The translations under genes were made by a program, and so were the position numbers. A stretch of DNA of 64,000 nucleotides from Nemertoderma westbladi (Eukaryota; Animalia; Xenacoelomorpha): assembly GCA_032718475.1 (NCBI GenBank), contig JAUCBJ010000100.1, forward strand, positions 37,589 to 101,588. The letters run 5' to 3'. Below the pieces are notes generated by a model, which did not search any database, was not told where the DNA came from, and saw nothing but the letters and a program-made list of their open reading frames with translations. The first letter of the stretch is position 1. The number at the start of each line of letters is the position of its first letter. Positions 26,148-39,782 of this stretch are shown here, in pieces.

Positions 26148-29100
26148 CTGTCCTCAACTCCAGAACACACCGCAGCCTGGCCCTTAATGTCCTAAAACTG
26201 TCCTAAACTCCAGAACACACCGCACCATGGCACTTACTGTCCTCAACTCCAGAACACAACGCAGCCTGGCCCTTATCTACTGTTCTCAACTACAGAACAC
26301 ACCGCAGCCTGGCCCTTAATGTCGTCAAACTGTCCTCAACTCCAGAACACACCGCAGCATGGCCCTTAATGTCGTCAAACTGTCCTCAACCCCACAACAC
26401 ACCACAGCCTTGCCCTTACTGTCCGTCCTCAACTCCAGAACACACCGCGCAGCATGGCACTTAATGTCGTCAAACTGTCCTCAACCCCACAACACACCAC
26501 AGCCTTGCCCTTACTGTCCGTCCTCAACTCCAGAACACACCGCAGCATGGCACTTACTGTCCTCAACTCCAGAACACAACGCAGCCTGGCCCTTATCTAC
26601 TGTTCTCAACTACAGAACACACCGCAGCCTGGCCCTTAATCTCCTCAAACTGTCCTAAACACCAGAACACACCGCAGCCTGGCCCTTACTGTCCTCAAAC
26701 TGTCCTCAACTCCAGAACACACCGCAGCCTGGCCCTTAATGTCCTCAAACTGTCCTCAACTCCAGAACACACCGCAGCATGTCCCTTAATGTCGTCAAAC
26801 TGTCCTCAACCCCACAACACACCACAGCCTTGCCCTTACTGTCCGTCCTCAACTCCAGAACACACCGCGCAGCATGGCACTTACTGTCCTCAACTCCAGA
26901 ACACAACGCAGCCTGGCCCTTATCTACTGTTCTCAACTACAGAACACACCGCAGCCTGGCCCTTAATCTCCTCAAACTGTCCTAAACTCCAGAACACACC
27001 GCAGCCTGGCCCTTACTGTCCTCAACTCCAGAAAACACCGCAGCCTGGCCCTTACTGTCCTCAACTCCAGAACACACCACAGCCTTGCCCTTACTGTCCG
27101 TCCTCAACTCCAGAACACACCGCGCAGCATGGCACTTACTGTCCTCAACTCCAGAACACAACGCAGCCTGGCCCTTATCTACTGTTCTCAACTACAGAAC
27201 ACACCGCAGCCTGGCCCTTAATCTCCTCAAACTGTCCTAAACTCCAGAACACAGCGCAGCCTGGCCCTTACTGTCCTCAACTCCAGAAAACACCGCAGCC
27301 TGGCCCTTACTGTCCTCAACTCCAGAACACAACGCAGCCTGGCCCTTAATGTCCTCAACTCCAGACCACAACGCAGCCTGGCCCTTAATGTCCTCAAACT
27401 GTCCTCAACTCCAGAACACACCATAGCCTTCCCCTTAGTCTACTGTCCTCAACTCCAGAACACACCGCAGCCTGGTCCTTAATGTCCTCAAACTGTCCTC
27501 AACTCCACAACACACCACAGCCTTGCCCTTACTGTCCTCAACTCCAAAACACACTGCAGCATGGTCCTTACTGTCCTCAAACTGACCTCAACTCCAGAAC
27601 ATACCACAGCCTTGCCCTTACTGTCCTCAACTCCAGAACACACCGCAGCATGGTCATTACTGTCCTCAACTCCAGAACACACCGCAGCATGGTCCTTACT
27701 GTCCTCAACTCCAGAACATACCGCAGCCTGGTCCTTACTGTCCTCAACTCCAGAACAAACCGCAGCCTGGCCCTTACTGTCATCAACTCCAGAACACACC
27801 ACAGCCTGACCCTTATCTACTGTCCTCAACTCCAGAACACACCGCAGCCTGGCCCTTAATGTCCTCAAACTGTCCTCAACTCCAGAACAAACCGCAGCCT
27901 GGCCCTTACTGTCATCAACTCCAGAACACACCACAGCATGGCCCTTACTGTCATCAACTCCAGAACACACCACAGCATGGCCCTTATCTACTGTCCTCAA
28001 CTCCAGAACACACCGCAGCCTGGCCATTAATGTCCTCAACTCCAGAACACACCGCAGCATGGTCCTTACTGTCCTCAACTCCAGAACATACCGCAGTCTG
28101 GTCCTTACTGTCCTCAACTCCAGAACACACCGCAGCATGGTCCTTACTGTCCTCAACTCCAGAACAAACCGCAGCCTGACCCTTACTGTCATCAACTCCA
28201 GAACACACCACAGCATGGCCCTTATCTACTGTCCTCAACTCCAGAACACACCGCAGCCTGGCCCTTAATGTCCTCAAACTGTCCTCAACTCCAGAACACA
28301 CCGCAGCCTTGCCCTTACTGTCCTCAACTCCAGAACACACCACAGCATGGTCCTTACTGTCCTCAACTCCAGAACAAACCGCAGCCTGGCCCTTACTGTC
28401 ATCAACTCCAGAACACACCACAGCCTGGCCCTTATCTACTGTCCTCAACTCCAGAACACACCGCAGCCTGGCCCTTAATGTCCTCAACTCCAGAACACAC
28501 CGCAGCCTGGCCCTTACTGTCCTCAACTCCAGAACACACCGCAGCATGGTCCTTACTGTCCTCAACTCCTTAACATACCGCACCCTGGCCCTTACTGTCC
28601 TCAACTCCAGAACATACCGCAGCCTGGCCCTTACTGTCCTCAACTCCAGAACACACCGCAGCATGGTCCTTACTGTCCTCAACTACAGAACACACCGCAG
28701 CCTGGGCATTACTGTCCTCAACTCCAGAACACACCACAGCATAGTCCTTATTGTCCTCAACTCCAGAACACACCGCAGCCTGGCCCTTAATGTCCTAAAA
28801 CTGTCCTCAACTCCAGAACATACCGCAGCCTGGCCCTTACTGTCCTCAACTCCAGAACACACCGCAGCCTGGCCCTTAATGTCCTCAAACTGTCCTCAAC
28901 TCCAGAACACACCGCAGCCTGGCCCTTAATGTCCTCAAACTGTCCTCAACTCTAGAACATACCGCAGCCTGGCCCTTACTGTCCTCAACTCCAGAACACA
29001 CCGCAGCATGGTCCTTGCTGTCCTCAACTCCAGAACATACCGCAGCCTGGCCCTTACTGTCCTCAACTCCAGAACACACCGCAGCATGGTCCTTACTGTC

Positions 29101-30722
29101 CTCAACTCCAGAACATACCGCAGCCTGGCCCTTACTGTCCTCAACTCCAGAACATACCGCAGCCTGGCCCTTACTGTCCTCAACTCCAGAACACACCGCA
29201 GCATGGTCCTTACTGTCCTCAACTCCAGAACATACCGCAGCCTGGCCCTTACTGTCCTCGACTCCAGAACATACCGCACTGGCCATTACTGTCCTCAACT
29301 CCAGAACACACCGCAGTATGGTCCTTACTGCCCTCACCCCCAGAACACACCACAGCCTGGCCCCTAATGTCCTCAAACTGTCCTCAACCCCAGAACACAC
29401 CACAGCCTGGCCCTTACTCTACTGTCCTCAACTCCAGAACACACCACAGCCTGGCCCCTAATGTCCTCAAACTGTCCTCAACCCCAGAACACACCACAGC
29501 CTGGACCTTACTCTACTGTCCTCAATTCCAGAACACACCGCAGCCTGGCCCTTACTGTCCTCAACTCCAGAACACACCGCAGCATGGCCCTTCCTGTCCT
29601 CAACTCCAGAACACACCACAGCCTGGACCTTACTCTACTGTCCTCAACTCCAGAACACACCGCAGCCTGGCCCTTACTGTCCTCAATTCCAGAACACACC
29701 GCAGCATGGCCCTTCCTGTCCTCAACTCCAGAACACACCACAGTCCGGCCCTTACTCTACTGTCCTCAATTCCAGAACACACCTCAGCCTGGCCCTTAAT
29801 GTCCTCAAACTGTCCTTAACTCTAGAACACACCACAGCCTGGCCCTTACTCTACTGTGTTCATCTCCAGAACACACCGCAGCCTGGCCCTTGCTGTACTC
29901 AACTCCAAAACACACCACAGTCTGGCCCTTACTCTACTGTCCTCAACTCCAGAACACAAGGCAGCCTGGCCCTTAATGTCATCGTCCTCAACTCCAGAAC
30001 ATACCGCAGCCTGGCCCCTAATGTCCTCAAACTGTCCTCAACCCCAGAACACACCACAGCCTGGCCCTTACTCTACTGTCCTCAACTCCAGAACACACCA
30101 CAGCCTGGCCCCTAATGTCCTCAAACTGTCCTCAACCCCAGAACACACCACAGCCTGGCCCTTACTCTACTGTCCTCAACTCCAGAACACACCGCGACCT
30201 GGCCCTTCTTACTGCCCTCACCCCCAGAACACACCACAGCCTGGCCCCTAATGTCCTTAAACTGTCCTCAACCCCAGAACACACCACAGCCTGGCCCTTA
30301 CTCTACTGTCCTCAACTCCAGAACACACCACAGCCTGGCCCCTAATGTCCTCAAACTGTCCTCAACCCAAAACACACCACAGCCTGGCCCTTACTCTACT
30401 GTCCTCAACTCCAGAACACACCGCGACCTGGCCCTTCTTACTGCCCTCACCCCCAGAACACACCGCAACCTGGCCCTCACTGTCCTCAACTCCAGAGCAC
30501 ACCGCAGCCGGGCCCTTCCTGTCCTCAACTCCAGTGCACACCACAGCCTGGCCCTTCCTGTCCTCAACTCCAGAACACACCGCAGCCTGGCCCTTCCTGT
30601 CCTCAACTCCAGAACACACCGCAGCCTGGTCCTTACTGTCCTCAACTCCAGAACACACCGCAGCATGGTCCTTACTGTCCTCAACTACAGAACACACCGC
30701 AGCCTGGCCCTTACTGTCCTCA
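26148..30722. repeat. 4.6-kb satellite, 39-bp base unit (actgtcctcaactccagaacacaccgcagcctggccctt) with 43/44/50-bp variants
   Basis: Directly visible periodicity. Confidence 0.95.
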
Positions 30723-31049
30723 AGAAACTGAGACTCATTTAGCGATCATTTATGGATGTACGACAGGGCGATGAGCCCTGACTAGACAATCTTGTCTTAA
30801 TGAAAACCACGCCCCTACCCTCAACAACCTCGCCCGGAATAGATCCACTGCGCCGGAAATCAATTAAGCTATCTATTACAATTTAATATATTTACTCTAC
30901 ATTTATTATTATTTATTTTTAATTTAATTAACAATTTTTCTATCACAGATAATATAAAAATACACTGTATACAAAATGAAATGCCCACCACCAAAGTCAA
31001 TTTTGAGTTTTACATATAAGAATATAAAAAAGGGGGGAAATTTAAAATG

Positions 31050-31726
31050 ATTTTTTACTGTCCTACAGTCCCAGACCTACCTGGTCCTCAGCCTGACATG
31101 TTGATGTCCGCATTGGCCCATAAAATGGATGTTTCCAGGAAGGAGCGGACAGGACGCTTACGGCTCTACGGGCAGACCTTGACCCCCGTATACACAAGGG
31201 AGGCCCTCAGCAGCGCGAAGTTCAGCTTTCTCTGAACCCAGTTCATACATTCGCTGTATCTCACAGTCTCACATCGCGAGGGTAGGGAGGTGGGTATAGG
31301 AACGAGGGTGGGTGGGAGGGTGGGAAGATATTGGGTAGGGAGGTGGGTATAGGAATGAGGGTGGGTGGGAGGGTGGGAAGATATTGGGTAGGGAGGTGGG
31401 TATAGGAATGAGGGTGGGTGGGAGGGTGGGAAGATATTGGGTAGGGAGGTGGGTATAGGAATGAGGGTGGGTGGGAGGGTGGGAAGATATTGGGTAGGGA
31501 GGTGGGTATAGGAACGAGGGTGGGTGGGAGGGTGGGAAGATATTGGGTAGGGAGGTGGGTATAGGAATGAGGGTGGGTGGGAGGGTGGGAAGATATTGGG
31601 TAGGGAGGTGGGTATAGGAACGAGGGTGGGTGGGAGGGTGGGAGGATATTGGGTAGGGAGGTGGGTATAGGAACGAGGGTATACAGGAGGTGGAGAGGGG
31701 ACAATAAAATAATTTTAGGTCCGGCG

Positions 31727-31758
<32 letters not shown>

Positions 31759-34070
31759 TCTAAATTTTTTTTTTTAATGAAATAGCATGAAATTTGGAAC
31801 ATTGATAGTTTCACCGCCCTCCTCCTCCTTGGGTGAGCCAGAATTTTTATTTTAGCTTTCATTCTTTAGCTACAAGCGTTTGGAAAAGGTGTTTAAAAGA
31901 TAGAAATAAGCGCTATACAAGGACAACTCTACAGTTGATTACTATTGAGAAGTTAAAAAAAATAAAAATTCTTCAGATATACAATTACAATAAAATTTAG
32001 ACCGCAAAGTGAAAACGCCCATTATACTGCCATATCTCAGATATTCCTTTTGAAAAATTCTGAATTTATTACATTATTTAGTTTCCCTGCAACAACGTAA
32101 TCTTCAGAAATTATAACAACGTCGTAACCTCAGTAATCCCGACCTAAGTCTGAAGTCAGTCAAGTTAAAGCGAAAAAGTGCAAATTAATCCTCTAGGCGA
32201 AGGATGCGAAAATTGTAATAACTATTTACATACTTGTGTGTAAAGTAGCACTTTACAGTGTGATGATCCGAGTGGCTTTATTTTCACTCACGCCATTCGT
32301 TATCGTTACCAACGAACCGTCTATAAGATTAAAAAGGTCGACTGAGATACCTATTTTAAAGCGCTTGTAGGTAAGGATTGAAAGCGAAGGCGCGTTGAAT
32401 TAAAAAAAAAATTTAATTATCAATAAATTTGTTTTAGTTATTCTAACCAAAACAATATAAGACGAAATTGTGGGGATATGAAAATACACTTTATATTATC
32501 AGACTTATATTGACAGTGCAAAAATAGTTCATGGTGTTTGGAAATATGGGACATGGTTGGGAGGGATAGAAATGTACGTAGGAGTTATTATTAGTTATAC
32601 TGTGTAATACCCGATCAGAGTTTGTTACGATTATTTCAATTTTAAATTGTACATAGAAAGTGTAAAAAGTGCCGGGGACATATGATATGGTGTCCCCCCC
32701 TACCTGAAAAGTGGGAGGGACGTGTCCCCCCCGTCCCCCCCTATGGCTGCGCCACTGATCGCGGCGTTCGGACAGTTTAGAAGCGAGGTGCTTCAGGAAC
32801 CGCGTGAACAGGGTGAGATACCCCCAAATGAAGAGAAGATTAGCGGCGTAAATGTCGCATGCTCAACCTCGCGAATCCGCCCCAGATACTTGTTGCGCTT
32901 CCTGTTCTCGTGGAACAGGTGGGCGGCGGCGTCAAGAACCATGGCTGCATTCGTCAGAGCGAGGGGATGTCTATAAACGCTGGTAATAAATTCTGTGAAT
33001 AATATAATCAAATCAAATCAAATAAGATAATAAAATCGGTGTATAAATTCTGGTAATGGTTCCCCCAAAAGCCTGAGACCGAAAGTCTAACCGGGTTTGT
33101 TGTTCCACAGAGGTGGACGCGCGGATGAAATGCTCGCCGGAGATAGGTTGCAAGTGATGTTCGATGGATACGTTATGAGCAACTTCTGTGAGGGTGGTGA
33201 CGACAAAATCCCGAAGCTCATTGTGCCTTATAGAAGGATAACCGCCGGAGGGACAATACAAGATATGGTTTATGGAAAATCTTGCCCCAAAGGCATAATG
33301 GGCAGGGAGTGACTCTGGTTGCCACCCATAACGCAAACACAACGCTGGGTTACTGGGCGCGCGTTCCGCCAAGCCGAGGCTCCGGGTTCAGCGATCAACT
33401 CCCTCAACTTCTGTTGCTGCTCAGGTAATTTGCTGCCCACCCTGTCTAATTTCTGCTGTGATAAAGGAAGCGCGCTGGCCTTTATCCCGGTCGAGATTTG
33501 TTGCTGGGCCTCCCTTGGCGGCTGGGTTTTCCAGTTCGGTGTAGGGTTTGCAGATTAATATAGAATTTGAATTTTCTACTTCCAGATCTTTTGGTGTCGG
33601 GATGGCTAACCCGCCGTGACGAACTGGCAGTGAGAATAGTTCGCGTTCCGATGTGGTTAAACCAGGTCGTTTAGTGAGACCCTGAAGTAACATACAGTTT
33701 CCTCGAGTTTGCCAAAGAAATCTATCGCTCCAGGGACAACTCGGGCGATGTACCTCCAGCTAGCGACCAATCCTGCGGCAAGACCGACGTACGCACAGTG
33801 TGGGTCAACTGTAGCGACAGCACTGAGCCGCTGCAGCTGGCAGTCCCAATCATCCCGCCGAGGAGTTTGTTCCCGTTGGTTCCAATGGTGAAGCATCCTC
33901 CGGAGACATCTGCTGTGCCTCCTCCAATCTCTCGGGCTTTACAAGCAGATGACACTTGGTGGGATGGTAGCCGCAGCGGTCCCCGTAATGCCAGATATTC
34001 CCAGAACTTTCTGAGTTCCACCAACGAACCCGCTGCTTTTGCGTCGTCGGTGTACCACTTCTGCATGGCC
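31050..34070 (-). mobile_element. Decayed CRE-clade non-LTR retrotransposon (RT C-terminal half plus restriction-like endonuclease), split by an insertion at 31279-32757
   Basis: Frameshifted fragments: QKWYTDDA (YADD-like), LFSLPVRHGGLAIP, ALCLRYGW...HILYCPSGGYPSIRHNELRD, FTPLIFSSFGG, KLSERRD, and at 31275-31180 YSECMNWVQRKLNFALLRASL..IRGSR. Confidence 0.75.
31280..31682. repeat. 53-bp G-rich minisatellite (G-quadruplex-prone), ~7.5 copies
   Basis: Unit gggtagggaggtgggtataggaaygagggtgggtgggagggtgggaagatatt. Confidence 0.92.
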
Positions 34071-34294
34071 TCGGAATTAAATTAAAATTAAATTTACCCC
34101 GACATGGGTGTATAGGAAAAAAATTAGGAAAGTCCCATGGCCCCATTGCGGGGTTCGAAACTCTGAAACTCTTCCGAACTCTGCCCTTCGATGGAACTAA
34201 TGGCAACGAAATCAAGCACTACACAAATCCCATTCTTAAAAAAATATAGCATATTAACAAAAATGTAGTCGTGGTATAGGTACTGGCACTGTAA

Positions 34295-34530
34295 ATACGT
34301 TACCACTGGTTAAGCCCTTCGCTTTTAGCGGAGAGGTCCCAGGTTCGATCCCGTGCAGAGCCAGTTACAACTTCATAATATATACGGCACCCTAGGAAAA
34401 TTGGTACAAAATTATTGTAGATCATCAATGTTAAACCTTGGGAGATAGTGGTGCCCTCCCTGCCTTTAAAGGTACCGATTTGGGAACCTTCGGGTTGCCG
34501 TTGCCTCTGCTAGTTTTGTAACTTTATTTA
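34295..34530 (+). mobile_element. tRNA-derived SINE
   Basis: tRNA-like head (ctggttaag...gaggtcccaGGTTCGATCCCg, B box), body, and a 3' part gggaaccttcgggttgcc followed by a T/A-rich tail. Confidence 0.55.
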
Positions 34531-36139
34531 TAACTACTTTTAAGTTTTAAGACTTGTTCAACGAATGTTATTGAAAACCTCCGTTCAATAAAAGTAAATA
34601 ATTATGGCATTAAATCAACACAATGGACAATTACTTACCCGCGATTGCGCACGATGTTATAACACAAGATACCAATTACATCGATGAAGCTTCTTAACAA
34701 GGACAATGGTTTGGATTGAGCGGAGGTAATTTTACCTTCGTATTCACCTTCCGTTACAACTCAGCTTGACATGACACCGTTAAATCAATCGTTGAATCTA
34801 TTGAAACGGGAACGATTAGCCCCTTGTGTCGCGATCCCGCAGTCTCCAACGTAACCCAGTGATTGCTGTACAAACGCCTCTAACACAAGGTAAGCGGAGA
34901 CTATTATTTCAGTTCTATAAAGAAAAGGAAATCATTTGGGTTGCGGAATAGAGTGGAAATAGGGGGTCCGGTCCGTGATGGGAATAATTGATGGTGATAA
35001 TAATCAGCAGTGGCACTGTATTGTAAGTACAGCAATTACTATGTTACCTTACGCAGTTAGTAGCTACACAGTACACAGTACCCTACACAGTACAGTACAC
35101 ACACAGTAGTGGTTATTGGATCTAATAAGCAGAAAGTTAAGTGTACTAATGTGAAAGATCTCTACACATTAATCTCATAGGGGTCCGTCCAAGTATGACG
35201 TCTGCACTTTTCCCCAAAATGTTGACCCCCTCCCTCCCCTAAATCAGATGTCATCAGATAGGCATTGATACCCCCCCTCCCCTAAATCAGATCAAAAAAT
35301 TTTTTTGTAATAAACTATTATATTATGAATATTATTTATAATCACTTGTAAATAGTAGAAACAGTAGAAACTAGTAGAAACAAATTAATCCCGCCATTTG
35401 GCTTTTAGTTAATGATACAAGATTGCCAGCCGAGAGCGGGTAATAGTGGACGGATCCATTGCTATCAATATTGTTGTTGCAATAATTTACGCGGCTATGC
35501 AGGGCTCAGGGCAGGAAGCTTAATAACAAAAAACGCAAAACGAAACATTAGGCAAAGTACACAATAGTTTTATAATATTGTATTTTTGATCACTATTTGT
35601 AAAAAATGTATCGAAAACATTCTCGCGAAACGAAATAGTGCGAAATTTTGCAGAAAGCATGTCCAATAGATGCTCCCAGAACAGAAATTTGATTGAGTGA
35701 ATTCTATGAATATGGTCGGTCATATTCATAGAATCCAAGTTGTGTGTACAAACAAACACGCGTGAGAAATAAGGACATCCATGATGGATCGGATCCGTCC
35801 AATATCCATGATGGATCCGTCCAAAATATTCTGCAGTAGCTGGCTGGTTGACTTGAAAACTTGGTAGGTGGTGGGTGCTGATTTATGTATATTTTAAGAA
35901 TATTTATTTTTATTGTTTAATATAGGCCAACATTATTGAGTCATCGGCCCATCTAAAAGAAAATTATCAACAATTGGGGTTGTGTGTTTACTCTTATATA
36001 AAATTACATTTTGTTTAAAATTAATGTTGTACTCAATTAACCCATAGGAGTGCGGGGTATATCAGTATCGATAATTCTTCTATAATTCGTCATTGTCTTG
36101 AACGCTGCCTCCGGCACATATCGGCGTTTCATTGATTCC

Positions 36140-38865
36140 ATATCAAAGGATCCACAACTGGGTTAAAGGTTCCACAACTGGGTTAAAGGTTCCACAGTGT
36201 CAACGATTCCACATGGTCAAAGGTGTTCCACATGGTCAACGGTTCCACAGGATCAAAGGTTCCACAGTGTTAAAGGTTCCACAGGGTCAAAGGTTCCACA
36301 AGTGTCATAGGTTCAACAGGGTCAAAGGTTCCACAGTGTCATATGTTCCACAACTGGGTTAAAGACTCCACAGTGTCGAAGGTTCCACAGTTTCAAAGGT
36401 TCAACGGTGTCAAAGGTCAAATGGTCAAAGGTTCCACCAGGTCAAAGGTTCCACATGGTCAAAGGTTCCACAGGATCAAAGGTTCCACAGGATCCAAGGT
36501 TCCAGTGTCAAAGGTTCCACAGTGTCAAAGGTTCCACAGTGTCAAAGGTTCCACAGTTTCAAAGGTTTAACGGTGTCAAAGGTTCCACATGGTCAAAGGT
36601 TCCACAGGGTCAAAGGTTCCACAGGATCAAAGGTTCCGCAGTGTCAAAGGTTCCAAAGTGTCAAAGGTTCCACAGTTTCAAAGGCTCAACGGTGTCAAAG
36701 GTTCCACATTGTCAAAGGTTCCACATGGTCAAAGGTTCCACAGGATCAAAGGTTCCACAGTGTCAACGGTTCCACAGTGTCAAAGGTTCCACAGTGTCAA
36801 CGGTTCCACAGTTTCAAAGGTTCAACGGTGTCAAAGGTTCCACATGGTCAAAGGTTGCACAGGGTCAAAGGTTCCACAGTGTCAAAGGTTCCACATGGTC
36901 AAAGGTACCACAGGATCAAAGGTTCCACAGTGTCAAGGGTTCCAGTGTCAAAGGTTCCACATGGTCCAATTTTCCAAAGTGTGAAAGGTTCCACAACTGG
37001 GTCAAACGATCCACAGGGTGAAAGGTTACAAAGTGTCAAAGGTTCCAAAGTGTGAAAAGTTCCACAGGGTCAAAGGTTCCACAATGTCAAATGTTACACA
37101 GGGTCGAAGGTTCCAAAGAGTCAAGGTTCCACATGGTCAAGTTTCTACAGTGTCAAAGGAGCCACTGGGTCAAAGGTTCCACAGGGTCAAAGGTTCCAAA
37201 GATTCAGGGATCCACAGGGTCAAAGGCTCTACAGTGTCAAAGGATCCACTGGGTCAAAGGTTCCACAATATCAAAGGATCCACAACTGGGTCAAAGGTTC
37301 CACAGTGTCATAGGTTCCACAACTGGGTCAAAGGTTCCAAACTGTCAAAGGTTCCACAGGGTCAAAGGTTCCACAGGGTCAAAGGTTCTACAGCATCAAA
37401 TGATCCACTGGGTCAAAAGTTCCACAGGGTCAAAAGTTCCACAATGTCAAAGGTTACATATTGTCAAAGGTTCCACAATATCAAAGGTTCCACAACTCGG
37501 TCAAAGGATCCACAGGGTGAAAGGTTACAAAGGGTCAAAGGTTCTACAGGGTCCACAGAGTCAAAGGTTCGACAGAGTCAACTGTTCCTCAGGGTCAAAA
37601 GTTCCACAGTGTCAAAGGTTCCACACGGTCAAAGGTTCCGCATGGTCAATGGTTCCGCATGGTCAATGGTTCCGCAGAGTCAAAGGTTCGACAGAGTCAA
37701 CTGTTCCACACGGTCAAAGGTTCCGCATGGTCAAAGGTTCCACACGGTCAAAGGTTCTACAGCATCAAAGGTCCACTGGGTCAAAGGTTCCACAGTTTCA
37801 AAGGTTCAACGGTGTCAAAGGTTACATATTGTCAAAGGTTCCACAATATCAAAGGTTCCACAACTCGGTCAAAGGATCCACAGGGTGAAAGGTTACAAAG
37901 GGTCAAAGGTTCTACAGGGTCCACAGAGTCAAAGGTTCGACAGAGTCAACTGTTCCTCAGGGTCAAAAGTTCCACAGTGTCAAAGGTTCCACACGGTCAA
38001 AGGTTCCGCATGGTCAATGGTTCCGCATGGTCAATGGTTCCGCAGAGTCAAAGGTTCGACAGAGTCAACTGTTCCTCAGGGTCAAAAGTTCCACAGTGTC
38101 AAAGGTTCCACACGGTCAAAGGTTCCGCATGGTCAATGGTTCCGCATGGTCAATGGTTCCGCAGAGTCAAAGGTTCGACAGAGTCAACTGTTCCACACGG
38201 TCAAAGGTTCCGCATGGTCAAAGGTTCCACATGGTCAAAGGTTCCACAGGGTCAAAAGTTCCACAATGTCAAAGGTTACATATTGTCAAAGGTTCCACAG
38301 TGTCAAAGGTTCCACAACTCGGTCAATGGTTCCGCATGGTCAATGGTTCCGCAGAGTCAAAGGTTCGACAGAGTCAACTGTTCCACACGGTCAAAGGTTC
38401 CGCATGGTCAAAGGTTCCACATGGTCAAAGGTTCCACAGGGTCAAAAGTTCCACAATGTCAAAGGTTACATATTGTCAAAGGTTCCACAGTGTCAAAGGT
38501 TCCACAACTCGGTCAAAGGATCCACAGGGTGAAAGGTTACAAAGGGTCAAAGGTTCTACAGGGTCCACAGTGTCAAAAAGGTACCACAATATCAAAGGTT
38601 CCACAACTCGGTCAAAGGATCCACAGGGTGAAAGGTTACAAAGGTTCTACAGGTTCCACAGTGTCAAAGGTTCGACAGAGTCAAAGGTTCCGCATGGTCA
38701 ATGGTTCCACAGGTCAAAGGTTCCACATGGTCAAAAGTTCCACATTGTCAAAGGTTCGACAAAGTCAAAGGTTCGACAGAGTCAACGGTTCCTCAGGGTC
38801 AAAAGTTCCACAGTGTCAAAGGTTCCACACGGTCAAAGGTTCCGTATGGTCAATGGTTCCAATGG
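36140..38865. repeat. 2.7-kb satellite, ~17-bp unit (gtcaaaggttccacagk) with higher-order blocks
   Basis: Directly visible; blocks of several hundred bp are re-duplicated at ~37450, 37815, 38270 and 38460. Confidence 0.95.
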
Positions 38866-39782
38866 TCAATAGATGTATGGCCGAATAGATGTATGGCCAC
38901 CACGCCACTGAAATACACTAGTGAATTTTAACCGGGAGGTGAATTTTTAGGGGGATAGAAATTTTATTATATATATATATATTTATTTATTATATATTTA
39001 TTTATATATATAATATATTTTATATTATATTTATTATTTATATTATATTCATATTATAGCCGTCATTCATATTATTTCGGCAACATCCAGCGGCGCCATC
39101 ACCAGTTACCAATTTCAGCTCCAGTTGTCTGCGTGGCGCGCCGCTGGTAAGGGGATTCGGGGCTGGAGGTGGCCGCGGTGGCGTAGCCGCTGGGAACATG
39201 TACCCTATAGTATCATACCATCACCCATTTTAAACTAGCATCCTTTAAAATTCTTTACTCTATAAATCAGGTCTTATTTCTTATATATATTATATTGTAA
39301 GGGATCTTATAATAATATATTATAGGTCTATAGTATTATAATTATCGATAGGTTTAGCATTTGGCCTCTTTGGAAAATTAGCTGTCGATATATAACATTC
39401 TCACTCTAATGTTTATTAATATTGAATGAAGGTCATAATGAAAAAGAAGAGGCCGTTGGAAATATTAAACTTGTAGTTAATTTACATTTGGGGAATGTTT
39501 AATAAGAGTTTGTTCGTTCTACGTCCCAATCCAGTTGGTACCTCATAAGGTACCGTTCCGGTACTAAAGATAACAGTTTATAATTCAGTCATTGTATTTA
39601 TTTCACAACTTAATAATTTATGCTAGTATACTGTACTACTGGTACTGGTACACCCTGGTAGCCTGACTAGTTACAAACGAGCAGGCGTCGTTTTAGAATT
39701 TCCCTGTTCCCATGTTACCAAGAAAATATATTAATAATTTAATATATTAATTTAATTATAATTTAATAAATAATATATTTAA

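Noticed and set aside
14505-30722. CRISPR-like arrays
   Set aside because: No unique spacers, no cas genes, eukaryotic context.
26359-30742. Numerous repetitive ORFs on both strands
   Set aside because: By-products of the 39-bp satellite.
35178-35295. Harbinger-like TIR (ggggtccgtccaagtatgacgtc)
   Set aside because: No partner TIR found, so no element can be delimited.
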